64,000 bases of DNA from positions 554 to 64,553 of the forward strand of contig CALKAQ010000008.1 in NCBI GenBank assembly GCA_937983075.1, written 5' to 3'. Positions 53,922 through 64,000 of this stretch are shown in pieces (position 1 is the first letter of the stretch; each line of letters opens with the position of its first letter). Source of the DNA: an uncultured bacterium (lineage in GTDB: Bacteria; Bacillota; Limnochordia; DTU080; JAAYLA01). The translations under genes were made by a program, and so were the position numbers. Under the pieces are notes generated by a model. The model was not told the origin of the DNA and did not search any database. It saw nothing but the letters and a program-made list of their open reading frames with translations.

Positions 53922-54394
53922 ACTTGTTCACCGCCTACACGCGCCGGGATATCGCGTCCCGGTTTGCGCTCGTCGCCCTCGGTGCGGTTTTGGGAGCGAG
54001 CTTGAGCGTAATGCTGCTCAGCCACGAGACCGATCGCCTTACGTTGGAAAACGCCGATCTCATGGACCAAATCGAATATTTGACGAATCGGGTGGCGCTG
54101 CTGTCCAACCGCGGGCCGGGTTCACATCCTTACGTTGAAGCCGTGGAGATTATTGCATCCGGTGTCAACGACCGGACCCGTTCATCCGTGGAGCAAAACC
54201 TCAAAGAAGTGCTGCGCCATCTTATCGGTGAGGAAATTCACCGCGTGAATCCCGGTACCATCCACCAGGCCATTGAAGGCCCAATACGAATTGATGGCCA
54301 GGAGTACGCGGTGGAGGTCGATACGATTTACGTCGCTCCCACGGTGAGGGTTCACGTCCGCGTGCGGTCCCGCGGTACGAGTACGTCGGAATAG
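53918..54394 (+). CDS. ytrI: Sporulation membrane protein YtrI-like
   Basis: GTG start overlapping the ytrH stop (GTGA). Single N-terminal TM helix then a soluble domain, ~158 aa as for YtrI. Confidence 0.5.
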   Translation: MNLFTAYTRRDIASRFALVALGAVLGASLSVMLLSHETDRLTLENADLMDQIEYLTNRVALLSNRGPGSHPYVEAVEIIASGVNDRTRSSVEQNLKEVLRHLIGEEIHRVNPGTIHQAIEGPIRIDGQEYAVEVDTIYVAPTVRVHVRVRSRGTSTSE

Positions 54395-54413
54395 CACAGT
54401 CTCCCCATCATTT

Positions 54414-55724
54414 TTACAACGCGACATCCGCTTCACGCAGCAGCGTAAAATCAACTCGGTCGGCCGTTCCGTCATCAATACGCTGAATGTCAGCGCCGAG
54501 AAGCCTTAATTTTTGGTCGAAATTTTCGTAGCCGCGGTCAATGATTTCGACGTTGTTGACCTCGGTTTCGCCGTAAGCCGTTAAACCGGCAATGACCAAA
54601 GCCGCTCCGGCCCGCAAATCGGTCACTTCGACCGGTGCGCCCGTCAGCCGATGAACGCCCCGCACGATGGCCGTATCCCTTTCAACTTTAATATCGGCAC
54701 CAAGCCGACGCAACTCGTCAACGTAGCGGAAACGACCGTCAAAAACGGTTTCCCGCACGACGCTCGTTCCGTCGGCTACGCTTAACATGGCGACAAAAGG
54801 CTGCTGCAAATCCGTAGGAAAGCCCGGATAAACCGCCGTTTCAATGTCGACCGCCAGCGGTCGGCCATCTTGGCGGATGCGAATTTGGTTGTCGTTTTCG
54901 ATGATTTCGGCCCCGGCTTCGTAAAGTTTCATCAGTGGCGAACGCAAGTGTTCAGCCATCACGTTGTGCAGCGTCACATCGCCGCCGACGGCACCGACAG
55001 CAATAGCCAACGTCCCGGCCTCCACGCGATCCGGAATGATCGCATGCCGCACTCCTTTAAGAGACGCCACGCCCTCGACGCGGATGACGTCGGTGCCGGC
55101 TCCCCGCACCTTGGCCCCCATGGCATTAAGGAAGATGCTGAGATCAACGACTTCCGGCTCCTTCGCCGCATTTTCCAAAATCGTATAGCCTTCTGCCGTT
55201 GAGGCCGCCAGCAGAAGGTTAATGGTTGTGCCGACGCTGGCACGGTTAATGAAATGCCTGGCACCGTGCAAGCGTTTGGCCCGAGCCTTCATGAAGCCGT
55301 GTTCAATTTCCACTTGGGCTCCCATGCGCTGGAAACCTTTGATATGGAAGTCAACGGGGCGTGAGCCGATGGAGCATCCACCGGGCAGCGGAACTTCGGC
55401 TCTGCCGAGCCGGGCGAGAAGCACTCCGGCAACGTAAAATGAAGCCCGCATTCTGCGGACCAGTTCATACGGCGCTTTTACCCGAGAAATGCCGACGCCG
55501 TTAATGTGCAGGCGGTCCGCGGCGTCAAACCATACTTCCGCCCCCAGGGAGCGCAAAATCATGGCCATGGTCCAAACGTCGCTCTGCTTGGGAACGTTTT
55601 CGAGGATGCACTCGCCGTTGGCCAACGTTGCCGCCGCCATGATGGCCAGAGCGCTGTTCTTGGACCCTCCAATGGTCAGTGAGCCATGCAGCGGTTGTCC
55701 ACCGCGAATGATGAACCGGGACAT
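54414..55724 (-). CDS. murA: UDP-N-acetylglucosamine 1-carboxyvinyltransferase
   Basis: 436 aa. Active-site Cys in GGCSIGSRPVD. Full-length MurA similarity. Confidence 0.95.
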   Translation of the reverse strand: MSRFIIRGGQPLHGSLTIGGSKNSALAIMAAATLANGECILENVPKQSDVWTMAMILRSLGAEVWFDAADRLHINGVGISRVKAPYELVRRMRASFYVAGVLLARLGRAEVPLPGGCSIGSRPVDFHIKGFQRMGAQVEIEHGFMKARAKRLHGARHFINRASVGTTINLLLAASTAEGYTILENAAKEPEVVDLSIFLNAMGAKVRGAGTDVIRVEGVASLKGVRHAIIPDRVEAGTLAIAVGAVGGDVTLHNVMAEHLRSPLMKLYEAGAEIIENDNQIRIRQDGRPLAVDIETAVYPGFPTDLQQPFVAMLSVADGTSVVRETVFDGRFRYVDELRRLGADIKVERDTAIVRGVHRLTGAPVEVTDLRAGAALVIAGLTAYGETEVNNVEIIDRGYENFDQKLRLLGADIQRIDDGTADRVDFTLLREADVAL

Positions 55725-55886
55725 GCATTAAACCTCCAGTGAGCCGACGTCGTTTCAAAGGTTTCATTTGCCCCGGCGCTTGCAACCCGGGCTGATAGAA
55801 AAAGACATTGATGCATGTCATCCGACCAGTGGTCACCGCATTCTCTCGAATACAGCAGCTTGCACCGACCGCTCGGAATTGATCTG

Positions 55887-56105
55887 ATGACGCGCACCAT
55901 CAACATTTGTGTCGACGACCGGTTCGCCGAGCGAAAATCCGCAGGCGACTGGCCGCTTTTCCATGGGCTTTCCATGGGCCCGATGTGCGTCCGCACAGGG
56001 GCTATCATTGAATGGACCGACGATTTTCCGCCGCCGGATGGGATTTCCATAAAGGTCTCGATCTATCTCCATTCCATCCGGCGGGGAAAATTCCTTCCTT
56101 TCTAA
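55887..56105 (+). CDS. Hypothetical small protein (72 aa)
   Basis: ATG-initiated ORF in the murA–CBM-like gene gap. No family recognised. Confidence 0.2.
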   Translation: MTRTINICVDDRFAERKSAGDWPLFHGLSMGPMCVRTGAIIEWTDDFPPPDGISIKVSIYLHSIRRGKFLPF

Positions 56106-56134
56106 TTGTATCCAGCGGCTTGCCAGTCTACTCA

Positions 56135-56515
56135 TCAGCCTTCGATAAAGGGGAATGTCCAATTCCTTTCATAGTTATTGTCCCACTCCCCGCGGTCATT
56201 CCGGAAACAGAGGTGAAGTTGGCCCGGTTCATCGTCAAGTTCAATGATCGCAGTGCAAACTCCATCCGAGCGGCGATGCATCAAGCGCTCCTCAATCCGG
56301 CGCCACGGGCCGTCTCCGGAACTGGTGCCGTAGTGAACGTAAATCGGTTCATCACGGCTGCACAAATAACCGGAGTACCGCACCTCAACCTGTTCACCGG
56401 TATAAAGCTCCGATGGAAGCACTTCAACCACTTGCTGAACAGCAATCTCGCCAACTTCCTGGTCGTCGTCGATCTCTCCCCGCAGAAGCGACTGGATACG
56501 CTTCCAGAACGACAA
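56135..56515 (-). CDS. Small cytoplasmic protein with carbohydrate-binding-module-like (starch/glycogen-binding CBM25/26-like) fold
   Basis: 126 aa. The …PIYVHYGT…W…GEWDNNYERNW pattern is reminiscent of starch-binding modules. Tentative. Confidence 0.35.
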   Translation of the reverse strand: MSFWKRIQSLLRGEIDDDQEVGEIAVQQVVEVLPSELYTGEQVEVRYSGYLCSRDEPIYVHYGTSSGDGPWRRIEERLMHRRSDGVCTAIIELDDEPGQLHLCFRNDRGEWDNNYERNWTFPFIEG

Positions 56516-56765
56516 ACGAATCTCCCCCTTTCGCCGCGGCTATCTTTCCCCGCTGACGAGGCGGTGAATCAAACATTCCGCTGCCATCCCACCATCATTC
56601 TTCCTCAACACCTCAGCCCGGCAAATACGCAATCGTGCTCATAGACTTTCCTACCGCTTCGTGGTTTTATGCATGCCTCGGATGTCGTGGCATAAAAACA
56701 ACAACCCCGAGAAGTACCGATGTACTTCTCGGGGTTGTTGCTGGTGGGCGCTGATTGCGCCGATG

Positions 56766-56841
56766 TGGTACCCCCACGGGGATTCGAACCCCGGTCTCAT
56801 GGCTGAGAACCATGCATCCTAGGCCTCTAGACGATGGGGGC
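56766..56841 (-). tRNA. tRNA-Glu (anticodon CUC)
   Basis: Hand-folded. GCCCCCA acceptor stem, GUCUAGAGGCCUAGGA D-arm typical of tRNA-Glu, CAUGG/CCAUG anticodon stem with loop UUCUCAG, T-arm GGGGUUCGAAUCCCC, CCA encoded. Confidence 0.85.
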
Positions 56842-56957
56842 AAGCACATATATGACTATACCACGCAATGCAGTAGTTGTCAACACGTTGAGCGTTTCGT
56901 TGAACTTATGCGTAGACAGCGAGAAAGGATACCCGTTTGGGTATCCTTTCTCGCTCA

Positions 56958-57031
56958 TGGCTGGGGAATCTGGATTCGAACCAGAACTAATTGGTCCAGA
57001 GCCAATCGGGCTACCATTACCCCATTCCCCA
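56958..57031 (-). tRNA. tRNA-Gln (anticodon CUG)
   Basis: Hand-folded. U1:A72 acceptor stem (UGGGGAA/UUCCCCA), anticodon loop CUCUGGA, T-arm UCUGGUUCGAAUCCAGA, CCA encoded. A promoter TTGTAA-17-TAAACT lies at ~57058–57089 on the minus strand. Confidence 0.85.
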
Positions 57032-57188
57032 ACGCTTGTATGGGCTGAACTCACTTTCGTAGTTTACCACACCGTATCGGATTTTACAACCCCTGCGGCC
57101 CTTTTTTTTTGGCAAAAGCTGTGCCGGATGAGCCGATCTTCGGGTTGTGATTCCCGAAGACAGGCTCCACTCCGGCGAAAATAGACTT

Positions 57189-58661
57189 TTACGCGCCTTC
57201 TTGTTCGCTGGAATTTTGTTTTCGCTGCTTGACCATCGCCGCGGCCGAGCGAATGCGCTCGCACGTCTTCGCCCGTCCCAAAAGCTCAAGCGTATCGTAC
57301 ATCGGCGGGCTCACCGTAGAGCCTGTCACGGCCACACGCACCGGCTGGATGACGTCGCCCAGCGACAGCCCGAACGTTTCACGCGCCCGTTCAAATGCCG
57401 CTTCAATGTTCTCGGCCGAGAACGGCTCCATGTCAATAAAAGCTTCCAGCAGCTGACTGTACAAGTCCAAGACATAAGGCCGATCCAAAAACTTTTTAAC
57501 CGCTTTCGGGTCAAACTCGATTTCGTCATTAAAGAAATAACTCACTTGCTGCTTCAGTTCTTGCAGCGTACGTACGCGCACCTGCAGCAGAGCTAAAATC
57601 TTTTTCAGCTTTTCATGCCCGTCGGGCGACAAATCTTCAGGAATCGCCCGCGCCTGTTTCAAATAGGCCGATGCGCGCTCAAAAAAGTCTTCCGGAGACA
57701 GTTCGCGAATATAAACGCTGTTCATCCAGATAAACTTTTTATAATCAAAGACGGCCGAATGCTTGCTGACGCCTTCAAGCGTAAAATATTGCTCCAGTTC
57801 TTCCAGTGTAAAAAACTCCGTTTTGTCATCGAGCGCCCAACCGAGCAGTGCCAAATAGTTGATGATCGCTTCCGGCAGATAACCTTCCTCGCGGAATTGC
57901 CCTACCCACACCGCACCATGCCGCTTGCTCAATTTGCTGCGGTCGGGTGCGAGAATCAGAGGAATATGTGCAAATTGCGGCGGCTCAAGCCCCAACGCGT
58001 GGTAGAGCTGAAGCTGCTTGGGCGTGTTCGACAGGTGTTCTTCTCCGCGAATGACGTGCGTGATTTTCATCAAAGCGTCATCGACCACGACCGCGAGCTG
58101 GTACGTCGGCATCCCGTTCGATTTCCAAATGACGAAATCGTCGACGACGTCATTTTGAAAACGCACATCGCCGCGTATCAGATCACGCACGACCAGTTCA
58201 CCCGTATCCTCGGCTCGAAAGCGAATGACATGGGGTGTATTCGCTTCTTCTTTGGCGCGCCGTTCTTCTTCGCTCATGTGCAGACAGCGGCGGTTGTAGC
58301 GTGGCGGCATGCCTTTTGCGCGTGCTTCCGCCCGCATTTGTTCGAGTTCCTCAGGCGTGCAATAGCAGCGATAGGCACGCCCCGACGCCAACAGCAGATC
58401 GACCTGGTCGCGATAAATCTCGACTCGCTGGCTTTGGAAGAACGGGCCTTCATCCCATTCCAGCCCCAACCATTCGAGCGCATCCAAAATACCTTCGAGC
58501 GATTCTTCGGTGTTGCGCTCCAAATCGGTGTCTTCGATCCGCAGAATAAACTCTCCGCCGTGATGGCGAGCAAAAAGATAATTAAACAGGGCTGTGCGAG
58601 CCCCGCCAACGTGAAGATGCCCCGTCGGACTAGGGGCAAATCTCGTTCGGACTTTGCTCAT
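57189..58661 (-). CDS. gltX: Glutamyl-tRNA synthetase
   Basis: 490 aa. HIGH (SPTGHLHVGG) and KLSKR (KMSKS-type) motifs. Confidence 0.95.
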   Translation of the reverse strand: MSKVRTRFAPSPTGHLHVGGARTALFNYLFARHHGGEFILRIEDTDLERNTEESLEGILDALEWLGLEWDEGPFFQSQRVEIYRDQVDLLLASGRAYRCYCTPEELEQMRAEARAKGMPPRYNRRCLHMSEEERRAKEEANTPHVIRFRAEDTGELVVRDLIRGDVRFQNDVVDDFVIWKSNGMPTYQLAVVVDDALMKITHVIRGEEHLSNTPKQLQLYHALGLEPPQFAHIPLILAPDRSKLSKRHGAVWVGQFREEGYLPEAIINYLALLGWALDDKTEFFTLEELEQYFTLEGVSKHSAVFDYKKFIWMNSVYIRELSPEDFFERASAYLKQARAIPEDLSPDGHEKLKKILALLQVRVRTLQELKQQVSYFFNDEIEFDPKAVKKFLDRPYVLDLYSQLLEAFIDMEPFSAENIEAAFERARETFGLSLGDVIQPVRVAVTGSTVSPPMYDTLELLGRAKTCERIRSAAAMVKQRKQNSSEQEGA

Positions 58662-58712
58662 GGATGATCGACTCCTCTGACCCGACTTGCAGGGGATCCG
58701 GGTGTCCCCCGA

Positions 58713-58916
58713 TCACGTCACAATGCTGTAGTACGCGCTGATTTCGTCGTCGGATGCTTGCGTCAAATGCTCACGCAGCTCGTCGACAATCGAGCTGGAT
58801 ACTTGTTCCAGCTCAGAGTCAATGGCACGCCTGCAGACGGCCAAACTCGCATACGAATGCGGATGCTCTTTGACGAAACTGCAAATGGTCTCGATTTCGT
58901 GCGAGCGTCGGGACAA
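58713..58916 (-). CDS. Hypothetical small protein (67 aa)
   Basis: ORF only. Lies upstream of gltX on the same strand. Confidence 0.2.
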   Translation of the reverse strand: MSRRSHEIETICSFVKEHPHSYASLAVCRRAIDSELEQVSSSIVDELREHLTQASDDEISAYYSIVT

Positions 58917-59032
58917 AGGCGTTACCTCCTTGGCAAGACCAGTTTCCCCATAACATCTCGCACTGTACTCCGGTTATGCGTTCCAACCGGCGGAATTTCA
59001 GCATTTGGCGCCCTTCAGCGGCAAAACCTTCT

Positions 59033-60529
59033 TTATTCGTAGCCTGTCCACTCAGCATAGGAATCGGGCAGACGTCTCACCAAGCGATACGGCGGTCTCC
59101 ATTCAAGAGCAGGGCCACGCACCGCCCAGACGTCTTCGGCTACGTATTCAAACACCATGGCGGTATCTTCCCACAAGATGCGTTGAATTTCCTGCACCTT
59201 GGTGAGACGTTCTTCAATCGACTGGGCCTGATCGACTTGGACGAGCAACCGATCGACAAGCGGATTGGAGTATCCACCATAATTCGCCGATCCGCCCGTG
59301 GCCACCTTCGCCCAAAGCACACCGCCCGGATCTTGGGATGTGTTGTCCCATTCGCCCGTCCACATCAACCGTTCGCCTTCACGCAGCGCGGCTCGCAACG
59401 CGGTCCAGTTCGGCCACTCACGCAAGTGGACGCCAATGCCGACTTCCGCCAGCATGTCCGCATAAATGCGGGCGATTTCAGCTCGATGCGGCAGATAATC
59501 GAATTCCACCTGAAAGCCGTACGGGTATCCCGCCTCGGCAAGCAGCCGCTTGGCTTCCGCCGGATCGTATCCGTAAGGCTCCAAATCGGCATACCCGTAC
59601 GTAGCAGGTGAAACGATGGTGCCAATGGGATATCCGACACCCGAATGGGCTTCCCACAGCGCTGCCGGAACGTTGATGGCCAAGGCAACAGCGCGCCGCA
59701 CGCGCGGATCGTTGAAAGGCGGCCGCGTGGTGTTAAATTCGATGAAAAACGTTTGAGTGCTCGGCGTAAGCAACAGCTGCACGTCAGGCTGCGATCGCAA
59801 GCTGACAATTTGGCTTGGTGCTACATTGGTCATCACATGGATGCGGCCCGAGCGAAACGCATCGAGACGAGCGCTGCTGCTCGGAATAACTTCAAACGTA
59901 AGGCGATAAAACGGCTCGGACTTTGGGTCGCGAGCGACGAGATGAACCCGGTTTCCTCGCTCCCAACTTTCGATACGATAGGAACCCGTTCCCAACAAAT
60001 TGCCGGATGAGTCGGGTATCGCGAGCCATTCGCGTGCGAGCAGCGTCGGAAGGTTCGGACTTGCTGCTCTCAGATCGATCCCGAGACGGTTCGCAGCGAT
60101 CGGTTCGACATCAGCGATTGAGCCGAGTCGTTCGTTGGCAGGCAAAACCGCTCCGCCAACCGACGGGTCGACAAGACGCCGCAAAGCTGCGGCCAAATGT
60201 TCCGCCGTCACTTCCGCCCCGGTGTCGAGATAGTGCTCCGGCACAATGTCAAACTCCCAGCGGCGCGAGGTCGGACGCACACCACCTGCAGCGAGCACAG
60301 GCACATAGTCGCCGTTCATTCCTGGAAACGGAGCGAAAAACGACTCGTAGACGTAGCTCAATATCAAATCGGTGACGTGATGCCGGACCGCCCGTGCGGG
60401 GTCGTCGGAGAGGAGGTCTGCCTCGACACCGATCACAATGGCATCTGCGCGAACGATCCCACCCAAAACTCCGGAACCGACAATGGCAATCAGGGCCAAT
60501 GCCCAAACCGTTGCCCGCCGAAATTGCAT
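59033..60529 (-). CDS. ABC-transporter substrate-binding protein, family 5 (peptide/nickel/oligosaccharide-type), orphan
   Basis: 498 aa with a signal peptide. SBP_bac_5-like length and composition. No permease or ATPase genes are adjacent. Confidence 0.65.
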   Translation of the reverse strand: MQFRRATVWALALIAIVGSGVLGGIVRADAIVIGVEADLLSDDPARAVRHHVTDLILSYVYESFFAPFPGMNGDYVPVLAAGGVRPTSRRWEFDIVPEHYLDTGAEVTAEHLAAALRRLVDPSVGGAVLPANERLGSIADVEPIAANRLGIDLRAASPNLPTLLAREWLAIPDSSGNLLGTGSYRIESWERGNRVHLVARDPKSEPFYRLTFEVIPSSSARLDAFRSGRIHVMTNVAPSQIVSLRSQPDVQLLLTPSTQTFFIEFNTTRPPFNDPRVRRAVALAINVPAALWEAHSGVGYPIGTIVSPATYGYADLEPYGYDPAEAKRLLAEAGYPYGFQVEFDYLPHRAEIARIYADMLAEVGIGVHLREWPNWTALRAALREGERLMWTGEWDNTSQDPGGVLWAKVATGGSANYGGYSNPLVDRLLVQVDQAQSIEERLTKVQEIQRILWEDTAMVFEYVAEDVWAVRGPALEWRPPYRLVRRLPDSYAEWTGYE

Positions 60530-60662
60530 GCCACCGTTCGCCCCCGATCACATGGCTGCGCATTTCGGTTTGCCGACACGCCGCCAGGGGTTTTAATGGT
60601 AATGCAAAAAGGGCCTGCATGCAGGCGAGTCATGAAGTTGCCAACAAGCAGGCCCCCCGGGC

Positions 60663-62108
60663 TTACTGCCCTTGGCTAAGTGAAAACGCAGGCTTGCCGT
60701 CGAATTCGTACAAGTTTTCCAATCGGACCCATTCAAGTCCGGCCGCCTCAATTCGACTCAGCAGTGCACGAATGTTTTCTTGGCTGACGTTCGCGTTGTC
60801 AGCTCCCATAAATCGGCACCACCACTGGTCGGAGCAAAACGTCTCCGGGAACCCTCCGGGATAGACGAGGATCCCGCGATTGCTGATCATCTCGAGCACG
60901 AATTCCGGTCCTGCGATCTCCTCGAGCTGCTTCCCCAATTGCTCCGGCGTATGTGTAGTGTTGTACAGGAACACGTCGACGCCCTTGAGGTCCCGCTTCA
61001 CTTCCGGGCGCGAAATTTCCACCGGCTTCTGCGGCTTCTCCACTTGCTTTGGTGCAGCGTAGCGAACCGGCTCCATTTCCTGCGGTTCTTGTCCAAGGCG
61101 CTCGACAACCGCCTGTGCGAATTCTTTGGTGCCGACGCTCGGCCGGTCCTTGGCGATATCGTACGTGTAAATGCCGTCTTCCAGCGTACGTATCCAGGCG
61201 TTATGAATGCGCTCGGCGACTTCGTGCTGGCCAATGTGGTTCAGCATCATGATCGCACCGTGCAAAAGCCCCGACGGATTCGCCAGATTTTGTCCGGCCC
61301 GCCGCGGTGCGCTGCCGTGGATCGCCTCGAACATGGCGGCATGGTCGCCGATGTTGGCCGATCCGGCAATACCGACGCTGCCGGCAATTTGCGCGGCAAT
61401 GTCCGAAGCGATATCGCCGTACAAATTGGCCATCACAATGACATCGAAATTGGTCGGCGTATCCGCCATCTTCGCCATGCCGATGTCGACGATCCAGTGT
61501 TCGCTCTCGATATCCGGATATTCCTTGGCCACTTCATCGAAAATGCGGTGGAAAAGGCCGTCCGTCAGCTTCAAAATGTTGTCTTTGGAGAAACATGTGA
61601 CCTTTTTGCGCCCGTGGTTGCGCGCGTATTCAAACGCAAACCGGATGATCTTTTCCGTTCCCGGCCGCGAGATCAGCTTCATCGCGTGTACGACGTCAGG
61701 CGTTTGTTGATGCTCGATCCCGGCATACAGATCTTCTTCGTTTTCGCGGATGATGACGATATTCATTCCGGGATACTTGGTCGGGATATGGGGATGGTAT
61801 GCGATACACGGACGCACATTGGCATAAAGCCCCAGCGTTTTGCGTGTCGTTACGTTCAGGCTCTTGTAACCGCCGCCTTGCGGCGTCGTGATCGGAGCTT
61901 TTAGAAAGACTTTCGTGCGCCGAAGTGATTCCCAGGCTTCGGGCGAAATGCCGGTTGTGTTGCCCGCGAGATACACCTTCTCGCCGATCTCGATGAACTC
62001 GGGCTCGATTTGGGCACCGGCTTCAAAGAGAATATGTAGCGTTGCATCCATGATTTCCGGACCAATACCGTCGCCTTTGGCAACGGTAATCGGCGTTTTG
62101 CCGGCCAT
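60663..62108 (-). CDS. icd: Isocitrate dehydrogenase-family enzyme (isocitrate/isopropylmalate dehydrogenase fold) with ~140-aa C-terminal extension
   Basis: N-terminal MAGKTPITVAKGDGIGPEI, NLYGDIASD and GSAP motifs of beta-decarboxylating dehydrogenases. It is longer than the canonical 416–423-aa Icd. Confidence 0.75.
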   Translation of the reverse strand: MAGKTPITVAKGDGIGPEIMDATLHILFEAGAQIEPEFIEIGEKVYLAGNTTGISPEAWESLRRTKVFLKAPITTPQGGGYKSLNVTTRKTLGLYANVRPCIAYHPHIPTKYPGMNIVIIRENEEDLYAGIEHQQTPDVVHAMKLISRPGTEKIIRFAFEYARNHGRKKVTCFSKDNILKLTDGLFHRIFDEVAKEYPDIESEHWIVDIGMAKMADTPTNFDVIVMANLYGDIASDIAAQIAGSVGIAGSANIGDHAAMFEAIHGSAPRRAGQNLANPSGLLHGAIMMLNHIGQHEVAERIHNAWIRTLEDGIYTYDIAKDRPSVGTKEFAQAVVERLGQEPQEMEPVRYAAPKQVEKPQKPVEISRPEVKRDLKGVDVFLYNTTHTPEQLGKQLEEIAGPEFVLEMISNRGILVYPGGFPETFCSDQWWCRFMGADNANVSQENIRALLSRIEAAGLEWVRLENLYEFDGKPAFSLSQGQ

Positions 62109-62139
62109 ATGACATCGCTCCATTCCGTTGGATGATAAA

Positions 62140-62588
62140 CTAAAGATCGACCGGACTGTCGCCTCCGTGTCTGTCGGCGAGTCCTTTTCTTAAAGCCTCC
62201 CAAGCGAGGAGTGCGCACTTGATGCGCACGGGAAACTTCGCCACGCCTTGCAGCGCTTCCAAATCTCCCATGGGCACATCAGCGTGCGGTTGTCCTTCAC
62301 CGCGCATCATGCCCTTGAAATTTTCCACGAGCTTGAGGATGTCTTCCTCGGACATGTTCTTGACGGCCTCAGTCATCATCGAGGCGGAAGCCTGACTAAT
62401 CGAGCAGCCTTGCCCCTCCCAAAGAACGTCTTTGACGACGTCGCCTTCGAGCAGCAAATGCAGCGTGATTTCATCTCCGCAGAGCGGATTGTTTAACGCC
62501 ATCTCAACCGAAGGGGATTCCATCTTGCCGCGGTTGCGCGGCCGCTTATAGTGATCCATGATCAGTTCGCGATACAGGTCATCAAGCA

Positions 62589-62589
<1 letters not shown>
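62140..62589 (-). CDS. sufU: Fe-S cluster assembly scaffold SufU (NifU-like)
   Basis: 149 aa. NPLCGDE, GCSIS and KCALLAWEAL motifs. Confidence 0.9.

Positions 62590-64000
<1,411 letters not shown>

Noticed and set aside
56842-56957. Palindrome GAGAAAGGATACCC-AAAC-GGGTATCCTTTCTC between the two tRNAs as a terminator
   Set aside because: No flanking T-tract on either strand. More likely a processing or spacer hairpin within the tRNA-Gln–tRNA-Glu transcript.

Overview
This 64-kb window is a chromosomal segment from a high-GC (~60%) Firmicute-type genome, probably an endospore former with an S-layer. The evidence is Bacillus-like gene order (ileS–ylyA-like–lspA–rluD–pyrR–pyrB–pyrC, accA–pfkA–pyk–fxsA, polA–mutM–coaE, ytrH–ytrI, groES–groEL with a CIRCE operator) and an SLH-domain protein. 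Most of the window is core housekeeping. It includes a partial rtcB, purC, ldhA, a 5'-nucleotidase, lemA–htpX, a pyrimidine operon, ileS with a T-box leader, hemL, groESL, ferredoxin, mgsA, coaE, mutM, polA, three tRNAs, pyk, pfkA, accA, murA, gltX, icd and sufDSU. The accessory content is one low-GC insertion (~19.85–22.3 kb) carrying an IS3-family transposase remnant and a gene for a secreted protein, inserted into the conserved ileS–lspA synteny. There is also a cell-envelope cluster (SLH protein, L,D-transpeptidase, FN3–LamG protein) and a DUF3006/MBL–ComEA locus. I could not recognise a complete defence, CRISPR or mobile system. The most unusual observations are as follows. The pyr-operon carA encodes Gly (GGT) where the universal catalytic Cys of the glutaminase subunit sits, and the operon has no carB or pyrE. 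A 28-nt motif recurs three times around the ylyA-like and hemL genes. Two DUF3006 paralogues converge with 3' ends that overlap by 74 nt. Conserved partners are missing from several operons (accD, sufB). A tRNA-Gln–tRNA-Glu operon sits directly downstream of gltX. All calls come from reading the sequence and the six-frame ORFs, with no database searches.
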